A stretch of 19,656 nucleotides of DNA from an uncultured Myxococcales bacterium. Its GTDB lineage: Bacteria > Myxococcota > UBA4151. The notes beneath the pieces were generated by a model. That model did no database searches, was not told where the DNA came from, and saw only the letters and a program-made list of their open reading frames with translations. Of this stretch, positions 18,693-19,656 are shown in pieces. The position numbers and the translations under genes were made by a program. The number at the start of each line of letters is the position of its first letter. Positions within the stretch are counted from its first letter, which is position 1. The stretch covers positions 1-19,656 of the forward strand of contig CAXGWI010000060.1 in the NCBI GenBank assembly GCA_964013405.1. The letters are read 5' to 3'.

Positions 18693-18859
18693 GGGGCCGC
18701 CTCCTCGTGGGACTTTGCCTCGCCATAGCGCCGAAGCACCTCGTCGATGCCCTCCCGGATGTAAGCTGACACCGGCACACGAGTCCGGGCTTTCAGCCGC
18801 TTCAAAGCAGCCACCTGCTCGGCCTCCAGATAGATGGTGGTACAGACCTTCCGACCCAC
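18689..18859 (-). CDS. Small ribbon-helix-helix DNA-binding protein (56 aa)
   Basis: GTG at 18859 with GGAG 7 nt upstream. (M)[44 protein letters not shown] has the RHH pattern: alternating beta-strand TTIYL, helix, turn, then SxxIRxxI helix. Confidence 0.85.
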   Translation of the reverse strand: MGRKVCTTIYLEAEQVAALKRLKARTRVPVSAYIREGIDEVLRRYGEAKSHEEAAP

Positions 18860-18878
18860 AAACGAACTCCCGGCCCCG

Positions 18879-18907
18879 CTCTTAGGTGGCACGGCGGCGC
18901 AAGGCAA
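18879..18907 (-). promoter_or_regulatory. Weak sigma70-like promoter candidate for RHH-lepA
   Basis: TTGCCT-N17-TAAGAG on the minus strand in the 55-bp gap upstream of the RHH gene. Matches are only 4/6 and 3/6. Confidence 0.25.
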
Positions 18908-18914
18908 GGAAGGC

Positions 18915-19656
18915 CTACTCCCGGCAGGCCTCCTCATGACGAATGCTTACCCCCTGACTGTGGGCTACACAGCCGTTGCTGTAGGTTCGCCCGTCACAAC
19001 CGCAGACCGGCTGCACGACCCCAACACAGGCCTCAGGTCTGGCCTGGCAAGCTCCAGCAGCGTCGCAGGCTCCGGGCGCCTTGGCGCAGAAATCCCGCGG
19101 CCCGCATTGTTCATTGCTCTGACAGGCCCCCGGGGGTGGCTCGGCGCACTCGCCCTGATAGTCTAGCTGCACCCCAGCCTGAAGCCGACGGCAGTCGTTC
19201 GAGTACGTCTCGCCATCACAGCCACAGACGGGCTCGAACTCCCGACCACACTGCCGGGGGACTTGGACGCATTGTCCCAGGCCATCAGCCATCTGGCAGG
19301 TCCCTTGAGGGTGCTCACAAAAGTCGTTCTCACCGGGACATGGCCGGCCGGCGAAGCCACCACACGCTCCTTCAGGTGGGTCGTCTTCACAGGCTCCCAG
19401 GTGATCCAGTTGGGCCCGGGCTCGCAGTCGTTCACAATCGTTGCCGTAGGTGGCCCCGTCGCAACCGCAGACGGGCAGCCACTGATCATCGCAAGCCTCT
19501 GGAACCGCCCGGCACATACCCATGCCATCGGCAACCTGACATTGCCCCTCCGGTTGATCGCAATAATTGTCCCGGTCCTGACACATGAAGCCGGCAATCC
19601 TGCCACAGCGTTCATCACCGGGAGGGCCGCCAGCGTCAGCCCCAGGCAGGCCTGCA
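18915..19656 (-). CDS. Kazal-type domain repeat protein, C-terminal part (5' end outside the window)
   Basis: Three PVCGCDGxTYxNxC units, each preceded by a Cys-rich module. The frame stays open beyond the ORF-track start at 19586 to the window edge (AGLPGADAGGPPGDERCGRIAGFMC). Confidence 0.88.
   Translation of the reverse strand, partial: AGLPGADAGGPPGDERCGRIAGFMCQDRDNYCDQPEGQCQVADGMGMCRAVPEACDDQWLPVCGCDGATYGNDCERLRARAQLDHLGACEDDPPEGACGGFAGRPCPGENDFCEHPQGTCQMADGLGQCVQVPRQCGREFEPVCGCDGETYSNDCRRLQAGVQLDYQGECAEPPPGACQSNEQCGPRDFCAKAPGACDAAGACQARPEACVGVVQPVCGCDGRTYSNGCVAHSQGVSIRHEEACRE

Noticed and set aside
18689..18859. RHH as the antitoxin of a toxin-antitoxin pair
   Set aside because: The neighbours are lepA and a Kazal protein, with no toxin-like small ORF.
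1..19656. CRISPR arrays, tRNA/rRNA genes and intrinsic terminators
   Set aside because: Intergenic gaps are all under 150 bp, with no spaced repeats, cloverleaf or hairpin-plus-U-tract seen by eye.

Overview
GC-rich bacterial chromosomal segment, most likely from Myxococcota or a close relative. This is inferred from the Myxococcus-type cysteine-rich repeat, D/A/G-rich linkers in Cys-rich lipoproteins, bacterial Kazal repeats and a small myxobacterial-type RHH protein. Left arm: a tldD-tldE/pmbA pair on the minus strand (tldE is cut by the window edge), divergent from a tightly coupled plus-strand trio (HAD hydrolase, PI-PLC-like lipoprotein, LRR protein). Right arm, all minus strand in transcription order: Kazal-repeat protein (partial), RHH protein, lepA, a ~2200-aa multidomain lipoprotein (Ig-like, FG-GAP, beta-propeller, Cys-rich, RCC1), a POT peptide transporter, an LptC-like lipoprotein and a signal-peptide-less beta-barrel-like protein. 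No RNA genes, CRISPR arrays, integrases or IS elements were recognised. Two features stand out. The POT transporter carries an apparently circularly permuted PKD/Ig-like insert before its last helix. The barrel-like protein has a glycine zipper, an effector-like N-terminus and a sigma28-like -10 box. All family calls come from motif recognition by eye; no searches were run.
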